Source of the DNA: Desulfatiglandales bacterium
GTDB lineage: Bacteria; Desulfobacterota; DSM-4660; Desulfatiglandales; HGW-15
Assembly: GCA_963667015.2 (NCBI GenBank)
Contig: CAXXJJ010000004.1
Coordinates: 512,001-576,000 of the forward strand
Direction of reading: 5' to 3'
Length of the DNA: 64,000 nt
Shown: positions 10,570 to 21,800 of the stretch, piece after piece
Position numbering within the stretch: position 1 is the stretch's first letter
Layout: the number at the start of each line of letters is the position of its first letter
The notes under the pieces: generated by a model
The model's input: the letters and a program-made list of their open reading frames with translations, nothing else
What the model was told of the DNA's origin: nothing
The model's database searches: none
Made by a program: the position numbers and the translations under genes

Positions 10570-11107
10570 GAGGTCTCTCCAGTAATCCTTTCAATCGCGC
10601 CAGGGCCCTGTGTATCCTTGCCTTTACTGTTCCAATCGGGATGTCAAGGCTTTGCGCCAGTTCGGTTGTCGTCAGTTCTTCGAGATATCTCAGTGCAAGT
10701 ATCTCACGATCCTTTATCCCGAGTTTTGAGAGTGCCTGCTGTACCTGTTCTGCAGTTTCCTTTCTCTCTAAAACATCAATGATGCTATCACCCGGATCAG
10801 GCTGTTCATTTTCCTCATGGGCCGGCGCTTCTATCCGGGCTGTGCGGTTCTGTTTTTCAATATATCTTAAACTTTCTCTCCATGCTATCTTATAAAGCCA
10901 TGAGGAAAGTTTGCTGTCACCGCGAAAATCAGGCAGCCCGTTCAGGGCCCGGTAAAAAACCCGATAAAGAACATCTTCCGCATCGCCTACACGCATTCGG
11001 CGAATACAGGACAGCACAAATTCCTCCCATTCCTCAACAAAAAGATCAGCTCTTTTGGGAGTCAGGGGCAGATACCGGTTTATTTTCTCACATGGGGCAA
11101 TGGCCAA
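10559..11107 (-). CDS. ECF RNA polymerase sigma factor
   Basis: DAEDV..FRGDSKLSSWLYKIA (region 2); REILALRY..ELAQSLDIPIGTVKARIHRA (region 4). Confidence 0.92.
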   Translation of the reverse strand: MAIAPCEKINRYLPLTPKRADLFVEEWEEFVLSCIRRMRVGDAEDVLYRVFYRALNGLPDFRGDSKLSSWLYKIAWRESLRYIEKQNRTARIEAPAHEENEQPDPGDSIIDVLERKETAEQVQQALSKLGIKDREILALRYLEELTTTELAQSLDIPIGTVKARIHRALARLKGLLERPHDR

Positions 11108-11301
11108 CCTGTCACATTCCTGTCTTATTTCCGCTTGCTACTCTATTTATTTAGAACCGCCTTTTCTTAAAAAGGTTGCACAAAAAAAATGCAACCATTT
11201 AAGAAATACCAGGGTCAAATCATATAACAGTGCTTTGACAGAAAATATTTTTGTCAAAACCGATTATTAAAGCGTATGTAAAACATATACAGGAGGATTT
11301 T

Positions 11302-11670
11302 ATGGAAGCCGTACTAATTCCCATTTTCGCGATTGTTTTTTCTCTTTCTATACCGATTATTGCAATAATTGTCGAATATTTTAATCGAAGAAATAAAATG
11401 AGGGTTCTTGAAAAAGCTATTGAAAAAGATGTTCCGCTTGATGGGCTGTCTTTGGAAGAAAACAAGCCCAGAATGCCCTACCGTTCTGGAATGGTGACTC
11501 TGGCCGTGGGAATTGGAATCGGTATTTTTGCCGTTTTAATCGGTCAAATGGAGGCTGATGCACTTTATCCCTTACTCGGATTAGCTTCCATTCCAGCGTT
11601 AATTGGCATTGCATTTCTGATCAATGATAAGATCAATTACGACAGGTATTTTAAGCAGGATATTGATTAG
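11302..11670 (+). CDS. DUF6249-like membrane protein, divergent from the ECF sigma
   Basis: AGGAGG RBS; TM-RMRVLEKAIEK-TM-TM layout. Confidence 0.7.
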   Translation: MEAVLIPIFAIVFSLSIPIIAIIVEYFNRRNKMRVLEKAIEKDVPLDGLSLEENKPRMPYRSGMVTLAVGIGIGIFAVLIGQMEADALYPLLGLASIPALIGIAFLINDKINYDRYFKQDID

Positions 11671-11733
11671 CCTGAATAATAAAAGCAAATCTGTATGGGA
11701 GCAGGTGATTTATAGTTAAACACAGGATAAAAA

Positions 11734-12948
11734 ATGAAGAAGTTTTATGTACTACGCATTATTGGCATCTCAATCCTGATTGCTGCAGCATTGAATGCAG
11801 CATCATTTGCAGAAGATGAAAGAAATAACATCACAATCGGGGAGAAAGCCACAATCTTTTCAAAAATACTCAATGAAAAACGTACAATACTTGTGAGTAC
11901 ACCCGCAGGTTATGAAGAGGACGCAGAAGTTTATCCGGTGATGTTCCTGCTCGATGGCGAAACTCATTTCCAGTACGTCGCAGCACTTGCAAAATATCTT
12001 GGCAGTATAAAGTCGATTCCGCCAATGCTGGTTGTCGGTATCCAAAATACCGATCGTACCCGCGACATGACACCGCTCTCACAAAAGCCTGATGAGATAA
12101 AACGCTTTCCGTCGCATGGCGGAGCGGAGAATTTTCTTGCATTCATTACCAAAGAACTTGCACCGTGGCTGAAGGATAATTATCGAACCGGTTCATACAG
12201 TATCCTGGCAGGTCATTCCCACGGCGGACTGTTTGCCATAAATGCAATGTTTACAGATCCCGCAGCGTTTAATGCCTATCTGGCTATCAGCACCAGTCTG
12301 CAATGGAATGATCAAAGCCTTGTTAAAGAGGCTGATGTTTTTTTTGGTAATACAAAACTTCCTGACTTCAGTCTGTTTTTATCAGCAGGCAATGAAGGCG
12401 GTTCACTTCTCGGAGGGATAAGAAAGTTTTCAGGTATACTTGACGAAAAGGCGCCTGAAAATATTGACTGGCATTTTGAGCATATGCCGACGGAGTCACA
12501 TGCATCTGTTTCGTTACGAAGTACTCAACTGGGACTGCTGTTCATTTTCTCAGATTGGGAATTATCTGATCCCCTGAAAACATACAATGAATCAGGTATG
12601 GGCGCCATTGAACAGTTCTATGAAAAGCGGGATAAAAAGTACGGGTACAACACCGGAGTGCCCGCGCATATTATTATCAGACTCATTGCAGAAAATGCTG
12701 CTGCAGGATCGATAGATTCAGCAACTGATCTGTTATTTAAATACTATGAGGTTGTGAAACCGCCTGCCTTTTTCCTGGAAAACCTTGCAAATGAAAACCG
12801 TAAGCAGGGAAACAGAGATAAAGCAATAGAACTGTACAGACTGGTTTTGAAGGCCAGCCCGGACAGTCAAAGTACCAAAAAGGCGCTTACAGAACTTGAG
12901 CGCACAAAAACAGTAAAGAGCAATATTGCTTCTGGAACAGGGGAATAA
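11734..12948 (+). CDS. IroE/putative esterase-family alpha/beta hydrolase with C-terminal TPR
   Basis: YPVMFLLDG, DRTRDMTP, GHSHGG, ESH; signal peptide; terminal TPR-like helix pair. Confidence 0.88.
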   Translation: MKKFYVLRIIGISILIAAALNAASFAEDERNNITIGEKATIFSKILNEKRTILVSTPAGYEEDAEVYPVMFLLDGETHFQYVAALAKYLGSIKSIPPMLVVGIQNTDRTRDMTPLSQKPDEIKRFPSHGGAENFLAFITKELAPWLKDNYRTGSYSILAGHSHGGLFAINAMFTDPAAFNAYLAISTSLQWNDQSLVKEADVFFGNTKLPDFSLFLSAGNEGGSLLGGIRKFSGILDEKAPENIDWHFEHMPTESHASVSLRSTQLGLLFIFSDWELSDPLKTYNESGMGAIEQFYEKRDKKYGYNTGVPAHIIIRLIAENAAAGSIDSATDLLFKYYEVVKPPAFFLENLANENRKQGNRDKAIELYRLVLKASPDSQSTKKALTELERTKTVKSNIASGTGE

Positions 12949-12949
12949 A

Positions 12950-12999
12950 GGGGTCTGCCCTTGACATCGGCGCTTTGTCCCATATCGAGGTTTGCCCCC
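12950..12999. repeat. GGGGTC-family imperfect hairpin
   Basis: GGGGTCTGCCCTTGACAT...ATATCGAGGTTTGCCCCC starting 1 bp after the 12948 stop; left arm recurs at 22624 and partly at 45238. Confidence 0.65.
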
Positions 13000-13098
13000 A
13001 ATGTCTTTTTTTAAGTTTTGATTCCTGATAAAGTATCCTTACTTCCAGGAATCATCTTTTGACTCCTGCCCTTATTCATTTACGTGTTTAACTTATCT

Positions 13099-15543
13099 TT
13101 AAAGACCTCGTCGAGAGTTACCAAATTCGTCATGCCCTAAGTTATTAGGAGCGTTACCAAAGTTGTTACGCCCAATAGGGCCGGAGGCCAGGCTGAATGC
13201 AATAGGCAGCTTAACTTTTATTTTTACGGGCCTACCCTGATAATATGCAGGGCTGAATATAAAGTTTTTAGCGCATTCAATCGCTGCATCAGCAAATCCC
13301 TTATGTGTCAAAGAAAATACTTTTAAATCTTCCGGTATACCATTTTCACCAATGATTATATCAAGGACTACGCGACCTTGAATTCCCTGTTTTTGCAATT
13401 CAACTGGGTAACGAGGGGGGAATGGTTTGATAATTCGTGGCGGTCGATCGACTTCCGACAGTTCCCATGTCTTTTTTTCTATTTCTTCACATTCAAGTAT
13501 AAATTGCATATCGACAACTGCCGAACATTTTTTACCTGAAAGATCTTTAGGCGCGGTAAACCGCCATTTTGTAATTGTTTCCATCACTACTTTATCAAGC
13601 TCATGAATCTCAGAGTCTATCATTTTTGGAAAAAGAACTTTCCCTTCATCATCAATTAATACTTTTACTTTAAATTTTCTTGAACCATATTTTCTTTTCA
13701 GGTCCATCGGGTAATATATTGGTGTTTGTTCAATAATTTTTGGTTTTTCTGAGAGAGCCATTACATTTGTAATTCCAAGTTTCCGGCCTTCATCTATTTT
13801 TGCGCCATGTTCCAGAAGCAATCTAAGAATTTCATTCGCTGAATAATATTGAGCCACCAATGTTGAGGGGTATTTGTCATAAAATAGAAAATTCGCATCA
13901 AGACATTGGCTAAGCGCAAGATCCACTGCCTCAGGCATATCATACCTGAAGGCCAGTTCCATTAGCTCAAGGGCGATTTCATGGTCTAAATCACACTGTG
14001 CACCGGCGTCTAAAAGTATATTCATGCTTTTACGATAACCGAGCATTGCAGCCAGCCAGAAAGGAGATTTTCCTGTTCTGTCTTTTGTTTCAATATCAAC
14101 GTTATAGGAGAGAAGCAGATCAATTATTTCAGGATCGTTTCGGAGAACAGCTGCTTCTATTGCCGATAAACCGTCCTTTGATTTCCTGTTTACATTTGCA
14201 CCTTTTTCAAGAAGGTATTTTACAACTTCAGGCCTTCCTGTAAGGCAGGCACTCATGAGCGGTGTTATATCTTTTTCACCTGTTTTACTGATTTTGGCAC
14301 CTGAATTGATTAAAAGCTTTACCACATCAAGACTGGATGATCCGGCAGCAACAATAAGAGGAGTTGTTCCGTATAACTCTTTATCAGCATCTGCCTTCTT
14401 ATCCAGAAGGAGCGATACTGTATTGTAATTATTCCCTGAAATATTATCTATCATAACAAGCTGCTGGTTTTCCGCATCGGCTGCTAATTTGGCATTTTTT
14501 GAGGCAAGCAATCCCACAATAGAATCTGCTTTCCGGTTAATGGCATAATCGACGGGAGAAAAACCAGATTTATCTGCACCATTTACATTTTTCATGTATT
14601 GAACAAGTATTTTTACTATGTCTTCATGGCCGCAATATGATGCGAAATGAAGTGCACTTCTTTTATCTTTATTATTGTATTTAATAAGTTCGGCATCCTT
14701 TTGCAGCAGCAGCGCAACAATATCTTCATGACCGGTTGCAGAGGCAATAAGAAGCGGAGTCATGCTGTTATCATTTTTTTCCCTGGCATTTGCTCCTTTG
14801 GAAAGAAGTTTTTTCATTATCTCCGTACGGCCAAGAGCAGCAGCATAATGTATTGCCCTGTTGCCGCAAATATCTTCAGCTTTTAAATAGCTGCCGGCAG
14901 CAGCGTTTTCAAATGATTTCAGGTCTCCTGATATGATGGACTTGAATAGATCCATATTGTCTGACCATAATGATTGAGGGGGAATAAAACTGTTATCCTT
15001 CCATAGCAAAAATATTGGAAACCCACTATGTCCTTTTGAGTTTATGTCAACTGAAGCGAAGATTCCAGTTAGTCCGCCTTTGGAGTAGGGATGTACTGAT
15101 AAATCACTTATAGCTGATAATTCTGTGTCCGGTTCATACCAGCATAAAATACTGTATGAGTTATTCATCAACCCCTCATCCCAGATTTTAAAAATAGAAC
15201 TGATATCAGTGTTGTTCCATGCATTCCTGATGGATTCTTTTCCAATTGTAACTGCAGCACTTGAAGAGTTTTTACTGTTTTGCATGACAATATAGTTCAC
15301 AGGAATAAAGCCAAATGATAGGATGTCAGCATCATTTTGACGGAGAGCAAATGTTTTGCCTTTGGGAAGATATTTTTTTTCTCCATTTTCAAGGTAATAG
15401 GGCTTTGAGTTTTCAATTCCGTCAATCTTTTTAACTATTCCATTCTCAGAATATACCAGCTCCGGCTGACACCAGGCCGAACTCGATATTCCATAAACCA
15501 GAAAAATAATAAAAAGAATCACAGGGGTAGCTTTCATATGCAT
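13099..15543 (-). CDS. Exported ankyrin-repeat protein with two TonB C-terminal domains
   Basis: Many TPLxxA/ALHxA ankyrin repeats, then YYPMDL..KWRFTAP and PRYPVEL..GIQGRVVLDIII..FSPA..GRPVK. Confidence 0.85.
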   Translation of the reverse strand: MHMKATPVILFIIFLVYGISSSAWCQPELVYSENGIVKKIDGIENSKPYYLENGEKKYLPKGKTFALRQNDADILSFGFIPVNYIVMQNSKNSSSAAVTIGKESIRNAWNNTDISSIFKIWDEGLMNNSYSILCWYEPDTELSAISDLSVHPYSKGGLTGIFASVDINSKGHSGFPIFLLWKDNSFIPPQSLWSDNMDLFKSIISGDLKSFENAAAGSYLKAEDICGNRAIHYAAALGRTEIMKKLLSKGANAREKNDNSMTPLLIASATGHEDIVALLLQKDAELIKYNNKDKRSALHFASYCGHEDIVKILVQYMKNVNGADKSGFSPVDYAINRKADSIVGLLASKNAKLAADAENQQLVMIDNISGNNYNTVSLLLDKKADADKELYGTTPLIVAAGSSSLDVVKLLINSGAKISKTGEKDITPLMSACLTGRPEVVKYLLEKGANVNRKSKDGLSAIEAAVLRNDPEIIDLLLSYNVDIETKDRTGKSPFWLAAMLGYRKSMNILLDAGAQCDLDHEIALELMELAFRYDMPEAVDLALSQCLDANFLFYDKYPSTLVAQYYSANEILRLLLEHGAKIDEGRKLGITNVMALSEKPKIIEQTPIYYPMDLKRKYGSRKFKVKVLIDDEGKVLFPKMIDSEIHELDKVVMETITKWRFTAPKDLSGKKCSAVVDMQFILECEEIEKKTWELSEVDRPPRIIKPFPPRYPVELQKQGIQGRVVLDIIIGENGIPEDLKVFSLTHKGFADAAIECAKNFIFSPAYYQGRPVKIKVKLPIAFSLASGPIGRNNFGNAPNNLGHDEFGNSRRGL

Positions 15544-15740
15544 TCCTCTCTTTTTTATACCGACTCAGTTATTTTTTTTGATATGGATTTTGATAAGAAT
15601 TACTTTTAGTTGAATGGACTATATGGGGTTGCCTGTGGCAAGTCAATATAATTCAGCAACAGTCCTTCCTTCCTATTTGTTACTACAAACCGCGACTGTG
15701 GTATCAGGGGACGTCCCACTAGGCTGGGTAATGTGATGCT

Positions 15741-15804
15741 GGACGCTGTTAGGTTATAAGGTTGCTATGATTATGGTTAAACCTGATAACCTTACAGCGT
15801 CTCC
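15741..15804. repeat. GGAC-family hairpin (second copy at 31585-31643)
   Basis: GGACGCTGTTAGGTTATAAGGTT...AACCTGATAACCTTACAGCGTC, about 15 bp past the 15820 stop; GGGGACGTCCC palindrome at 15707-15717. Confidence 0.8.
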
Positions 15805-15819
15805 ATCTACACTACTGTT

Positions 15820-16617
15820 TTAATCGGGAAACAATTCCGAAAGATGGCCCAGCTTTCCTGCTTTTTCATTACCCACATAATAATCATCACCCACCAGAAC
15901 AACGCTGACAGGTCCTTTACCCTTCAGTTTGCGAAATTCACTGAAATCCGGCTGAGCTTCCGGTAGCTGATCCGGGATATCTTTTGCTTTACCTATGGGC
16001 ATCATTGGAAAATCACCAAAGGTGATACCATATTGACCGTAATACTCTTTCATTTCTTTGGGCAGAGAGGAGTCTGGATCTTTTGTGACGATAATAACAA
16101 CGTGGGTTTCAAGCAGTTCTCTTTTCTCTTCCGGGATTTCGGTTACTATCTTGATGATATTATCCAGGCTTTCAGCCCTGCCCTTTTCTTCATCGTAGTT
16201 TTTGTGGAATTTATCCATGCTGATAAAGGTTTTTAGTGGAACATTCGCATTCTCAAGGTATCGATCAAAAAACCTGCGACACCTTTCAAGGCTGTGAAAA
16301 TAGCTTCCGTTTGTATTATAGCTTGGTAAAGCCCCTGAATTCGCTGATTTTATGAGGATGTCCATAAAATCTTTTCCATTGTCCTTCCATAGAGTGGGTT
16401 CACCGCCCGTGTAATTGTGATTCCATTTTGTGCCATCGATCTCAACGCTTTCTGTTATAGCGGTATTCACCTGCTCCCAGGAGAGCTTATAACCCGGCTT
16501 GATAATATGATCCTCATTATTACCGATGTAGATATAACCGCAGTGTTCACAATTGAAGTTGCATTCATAAAGAAGAGAGATACCCATTACATTTGTAAAG
16601 GGAGACATTTGTTCCAT
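15820..16617 (-). CDS. Radical SAM protein (paralog of 56444)
   Basis: CNFNCEHC, GGEPTL, TNGS, ISMDKFH. Confidence 0.88.
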   Translation of the reverse strand: MEQMSPFTNVMGISLLYECNFNCEHCGYIYIGNNEDHIIKPGYKLSWEQVNTAITESVEIDGTKWNHNYTGGEPTLWKDNGKDFMDILIKSANSGALPSYNTNGSYFHSLERCRRFFDRYLENANVPLKTFISMDKFHKNYDEEKGRAESLDNIIKIVTEIPEEKRELLETHVVIIVTKDPDSSLPKEMKEYYGQYGITFGDFPMMPIGKAKDIPDQLPEAQPDFSEFRKLKGKGPVSVVLVGDDYYVGNEKAGKLGHLSELFPD

Positions 16618-16674
16618 GCTTACCTCCTGAGATTAATGGTTTAAAGACCTGATAATGTTACTTTTGCATTTTTT

Positions 16675-17775
16675 TTAATCCGGCTTAATGTCTATTTTCC
16701 AGTGATCTGCGATAGATTTTAATTCATCCGGTGTCAGATAGGTAACCGCTCCGTGTTTAGGACGTTCGAAGTTGGTGCCTTTCATAACACCTTCATTGAA
16801 ATGACCAATATCTTTATACTTAATGAAGTCTTTTGTTTCACTGAATCCCATATTATTGGGCCTGGCTCCGTATACATCATACATCAGCACCCAGGTATCC
16901 GTCCCCAGGCGCTTGAATACATTGGGCGCTTCAGTGGATTTTGTCTCCGGATCGATACGCCTGGATTCAGATATGTATCCCGTGTTGATTTTATTCGAAA
17001 CAGCATGGAAAACTTTAGCATCCGAAACATAGTGCTGATGATATTTGCTTCCGACTCTGGTAATGTCACTATCAATACCATTAATATCGGGTATCATCTT
17101 CGGCACTGTTTCCAGCCTGGTAAAGGCATCATCAGCATAGGACCAATAGATATTGGCGTTTTTATTGTTGTAGCGGATGGTGAAATAGACCATCATTTTA
17201 TCTTTGTCCTGATCATAAACGGTCTGGGGTGCCCAGGAGCAGTCAATATCTCCCAGTTCAGGAAAGGCCTTATCCACCCGGAAATCGGAATGGGTCCAGT
17301 GGATCAGGTCATAAGATTTCATAAGCACAATAGCGCGATTGTTACCCCAGCCGTACTTTTCTTCCGGCCTCTGCCATTTGGTCTTCCTGTAGCCGGCAGA
17401 CTGGCCGAAAATATGCAAATCAGTCATGGCAAGGTAAAAACCTCCATCCGGGCCGCGCGTGATGTGAGGATCTCGAACGCCTTTCTGCTCAGCCAGTTTT
17501 GAGCCGTCAAAAATCGGATTGCCTTCATTGAGGTCTGTAAAGGCATAACCATCCCGGCTGACAGCCATGTAGGCTGATTGGGTCTGGTCCTTGAAATAGA
17601 CCATCAGGTAGCCGCCGAAATCCTTTTCAGTTAAAACACGTGGATTATCAGGCTTATCAAGAGAGGATACAATCACAATACCGCCTGTTTGTGTTGTGTC
17701 CTGAATTGTCTCGGCTGTGAGATTTCCTCCAATTGTCATAAGAAATATCAGGATGGGAAAAAATATATGCTTCAC
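16675..17775 (-). CDS. GH43-like five-bladed beta-propeller glycoside hydrolase
   Basis: GVRDPHI, AMTDL, SWAPQ, IDSDI, TEAP, PKHGAV; signal peptide. Confidence 0.82.
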   Translation of the reverse strand: MKHIFFPILIFLMTIGGNLTAETIQDTTQTGGIVIVSSLDKPDNPRVLTEKDFGGYLMVYFKDQTQSAYMAVSRDGYAFTDLNEGNPIFDGSKLAEQKGVRDPHITRGPDGGFYLAMTDLHIFGQSAGYRKTKWQRPEEKYGWGNNRAIVLMKSYDLIHWTHSDFRVDKAFPELGDIDCSWAPQTVYDQDKDKMMVYFTIRYNNKNANIYWSYADDAFTRLETVPKMIPDINGIDSDITRVGSKYHQHYVSDAKVFHAVSNKINTGYISESRRIDPETKSTEAPNVFKRLGTDTWVLMYDVYGARPNNMGFSETKDFIKYKDIGHFNEGVMKGTNFERPKHGAVTYLTPDELKSIADHWKIDIKPD

Positions 17776-17819
17776 GAGATTCTCCTTTGTGTATTGTTAA
17801 AGCAGCGTGCCGGTTGGGT

Positions 17820-17890
17820 TAAGCGAAGCAACCCAACTAAGACGCTGTCTCCACCGTGCCAAGAGTCAAGAGCGGACTTGACCCCTTAAC
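17820..17890. repeat. 71-bp direct repeat, copy 1 (copy 2 at 18749-18819), ending in a GACCCC arm
   Basis: TAAGCGAAGCAACCC..GTGCCAAGAGTCAAGAGCGGACTTGACCCCTTAAC; 4 mismatches between copies. Confidence 0.92.
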
Positions 17891-17919
17891 TCATTACCCG
17901 GATTATTATTTTTGAGACT

Positions 17920-18100
17920 GCTATTTGGCCATTTTGCCAGCATTGGCATTCTGGCCAAATAGCATATTATGCCTGTCAGAAGAGTTTTAATGTTTTGAGG
18001 TATTGTCCCCTGGCCTTCAATAGTTTTGCCGGTTTCACCTTTGAAAAAGTTGCCAATAGTCAAAGGCAGATCTGACTTACCCTTTAATGGATGACCCCTT
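17920..18100. repeat. About 150-bp block repeated at 27131-27297, ending in GTCAAAGGCAGATCTG..GACCCC
   Basis: Shared CCAAATAGCAT..GCCTGTCAGAAGAGTTTT..GAGGTATTGTCCCCTGGCCTTC..GCCGGTTTCACCTTT..TTGCCAATAGTCAAAGGCAGATCTG. Confidence 0.88.
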
Positions 18101-18104
18101 TCAC

Positions 18105-18692
18105 TTAAGCTCGATTCACCAATGCATCCATTTTATTTTTAAATGCTGTCCTTTCATCAAGTGATGCAGGGTTCCTTAAAAGTTTTATATAATCTTCAAG
18201 ATCTTCTTTAAGTGCTCTATGCACGAACATTCTATTCACTGTTTCTGGCGTAGTCATTCTGTCATAGAGATCTCCGACTGACCAAACTAAAGCCGAGCTT
18301 TGAACTTCTGCTTGATGAAGAATTCCACATCGAAACTGTGTATAAAATGCATGAAGTTCGTGCTCAGTAGTAAAATATGGTGAAAATCGTGGACTTTCTT
18401 TTAAGAAGTTTTTAAAAACTCTAGCTGACTGCCCATTTGTGTCTGGCAAACCCTCTCTAAAAGCCTGAAGTGTTTCCATAAGAAGGAAGTCAATTGCCAG
18501 CGTAGTAAAACCGAATCTTTTATTCTTAGAGGTAACTTTCTTTTCAGCTTCAATTAAAATATCAACTGGGTCTATATATCTTGCAAACAGACGTTGCTTA
18601 AAAACATCTATTGCTTTTTGCCAGTCATCTTCGCTATTTTCCAATTCAAGTTGTTTCCAATCTGCATCGCTGAAATTTGGCGCAATATCCAT
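18105..18692 (-). CDS. Hypothetical protein, HEPN-like
   Basis: Helical; N-terminal E (LLMETL) and RxxxxH motif RCGILH. Confidence 0.6.
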   Translation of the reverse strand: MDIAPNFSDADWKQLELENSEDDWQKAIDVFKQRLFARYIDPVDILIEAEKKVTSKNKRFGFTTLAIDFLLMETLQAFREGLPDTNGQSARVFKNFLKESPRFSPYFTTEHELHAFYTQFRCGILHQAEVQSSALVWSVGDLYDRMTTPETVNRMFVHRALKEDLEDYIKLLRNPASLDERTAFKNKMDALVNRA

Positions 18693-18748
18693 ATTAGCTC
18701 CTATTGATATTTTGATTTAAACTTAACAAGTTATTTGGTGGATCTGTA

Positions 18749-18819
18749 TAAGCGAAGCAACCCTACTAAGACGCTGTCTTCAACGTGCCAAGAGTCAAGA
18801 GCGGACTTGCCCCCTTAAC
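18749..18819. repeat. 71-bp direct repeat, copy 2
   Basis: Matches 17820-17890; lies 8 bp from the sirtuin stop codon. Confidence 0.92.
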
Positions 18820-18827
18820 GTCATGAA

Positions 18828-21800
18828 CTAGAGATTGCGTTCGATTAAAAAATCATCCATCCTTCTATACTCAACTTCTTCTTTTATTGATGGGGCTGAG
18901 TCTACAATCTTATTTAATACCTCTCGAAATGAAGTCATTGGCCATTGATAATTTTCTGTAAACAACTTGGTGAGCAGCTTAAATACTTGCTTTGGATGCG
19001 TTTTAATTAGTTCTTCTTTTGGCTTAAGAAAAGTTAGTAGACGCGAAAGGTTAGTAACTGGTTTTATGAATGGAGATAAAAAATCTAGTGCATCTTCAAA
19101 TGTATCATCTAACCTTATCAACATTAAGGCTAAGTGTTCAGTCGTTTTTTCAGTTATAAATTCTCCAGCTCTAGGCCAAGCACCTTTTATAAAAGGCTGT
19201 ATTCGGTTTTTCCAATAATTATCTGCAGTTTTTGAATCCTTTCCAATATTTCGCATTAACATTTCAGAAATATGCACTAACCCATCTACTCCCAATGATA
19301 ACAATACTCCACGTTGCTCCTTTCTAGAATATAAATCTTTGTATTCTAAACAAACCACAGCAAATAATTTAATAAGTCTATCAGGATAATTCGAGATCTT
19401 TTTAATATTTTTCAAACAATTCATTAGATATTCTTTGAGTTCAATTGCTAAATCTGCTGAGAGACGAGGGCTCCATAGATATCCTTCCCAAATCAAAGGA
19501 GCAATATCTGATGTTTCTAAATTAAACAAAGGGATAAGTTTTTCTTTTGTCCACTCAGGATCTATTGTATAGAAATAACTCAATCTCGAAGCGAGAATGA
19601 TTTTACCATAAATGACAGGATGAGTTTTTATTCCTATTAATTGATTTAATGCATCTCTTATGGGGCCTTCGGGAATATTTCCTTCTACTTGTAAATTCCA
19701 TGCTCCACACCTTTCTACCAAGGCTTCGGTAATAATGCCTACAGGGTGGTTTATCGCAGAATTAATAGCGTCTTTAATTTCATTTTTGTGGTCAGTAACA
19801 TTGTCCAATATTTTATTAAATATAGTCCAGAAATATTGTTCTTCTGGTTCTGCACATTTTATTGGAACAATATTTTTTTTTGTCCAAAACGCTATAGGCC
19901 ATGATTCATCACGATATAATTCCGGTTGAGCATTCACGATTAATGGGGCAATTTTCCCCCAGATATTTTCAATATTTTCAGAAAGGCCTACTAGTGCGGC
20001 GTGCCAAATATCCCCCTTCCAGTTTTCTGTATCAGCCATATAATTAAGAACTTCAATGGCTTTTTCCTGGTTTTCCTTGCAACCCACTCTGAAGGAATCA
20101 ATCCTACCACGATTATACTGAGGGTCATCATTCGATAGATATTCAACAAGTTCTGGAGTATCCATTAAAAATAGATTATTTACAGAAATATCGACTTCGT
20201 ATCCTGATCCAGTTTCCATCCAAAAGCTAAATTCATCTTTTTCATTTTCACTTAAAGTCCACCTAGGGTAATTGGAACTAATTCGTTGAAGTTCTTTCTC
20301 TGCATTTTTAGGCAAATCTTTTCCAAAACTTTTGAGTTTAGAAAGCATCAACCACAAATCACGATTATATTGCTTACGCCAATCTTCATGAGATAGATCC
20401 TTTAGGTACATATTTCTAGGGGGGCCTTCAAGGATTTTTTCAATTAAATCGATAGCTAATTTTTCTTCAATTTTCGGCCAAATAACAGCCAACAATCGAA
20501 ACACTTCACGCTGAGTTTCAGAAGCCCACATCCATTTACCATTATCCTCTAAGAGATATCTTATTATTTCAATATCTGTGGCAACATCACTAAACGTCAT
20601 AGTATAAAAAACTAACCGTCTGAATACAGGGTACTCTATTGCTCTCCAGTAACTGATTATGGATTTTGCTATTTCTTTCTGATACTCCCATGCCACTCCC
20701 CATAAATCACGACATATTTCAATTAAAATTACCCAATGTCTGAAACGAGTATTTTGTTGGTGGTCTTGGATAGAGGGCATATCCCAATGACTGCGATCAA
20801 ATATATCATCACTCTCATTAGAAAAACTCCATAAATCGAGAGCTTCAATGAGGTACTGAGTAGATGGAACTAATAGAGGGATAAATTCTTTAGGATAATT
20901 TTTATTTTTTCTTAATTCCTGAAACATCCAATCAGATAGAGCTATTGTTACTTCTACTTCATATGGTTTCCTTTCTTCCTGAATCATGAAATATTCTTTG
21001 TCCTTTTTAGACCAATCAATTGCCTTTCTTAAAATAAAAACAGGACGTAATAATTTGGTAAACTCAGACAATGTGAATTTATCTATTGTACGCTCGAGGG
21101 AAATAACATATTCATAACCATAGCTATCTGGATTTCTATTACAGAATATATGATCTGAAGTGACAATTTTCCAGAAACGTAAATATGGCTCATTGGGTGG
21201 ATTATCTCTTATTTTAGTTGCTATTTTTTGTTTTACCCATGGATGCAAACATACCCCATTATCAATTATCCATCTGATAAGCGTATTATTTTCCAAGTAG
21301 TGAAATAACCAGTCCCATAAATTTAATGATATTTTATTGGGTTGTAATAAGTTATACTCGCATGGGTCTGAAGCAACCAAATATAAATACTCTACTTCTT
21401 TTGCCATCGATAACAGATTATTCTCATATAATACAGGCAACCAGTCGATTGGTGCGGGAGGGTCATTAATAGCACTAAATACTTTTGCGGGATAGCCGGT
21501 GATATGATTTTTGTTTGCACTGGTTTTTTCAGATAATAAATCAACTAATTGCATTACATTTGGATCTTGATCGTAAGGAGAAAGTGGTGCAATAGATGCA
21601 ACTTTAATAACACTTCGTTCTTTTGCGTTTAGACCATCTCTTATATAAAAATCCCACTCCTTTAGTGTATTATATAAATTGTTATGAGAGTACGAATATA
21701 GTATTGGTTTTATTCCTTTTGAAGCCCAAGCTTTTTCATCATTCTCACTCTTTTTAGGACTCGTATGCGCAGCTACATACGGTTGTTTAAAACCTTTATA

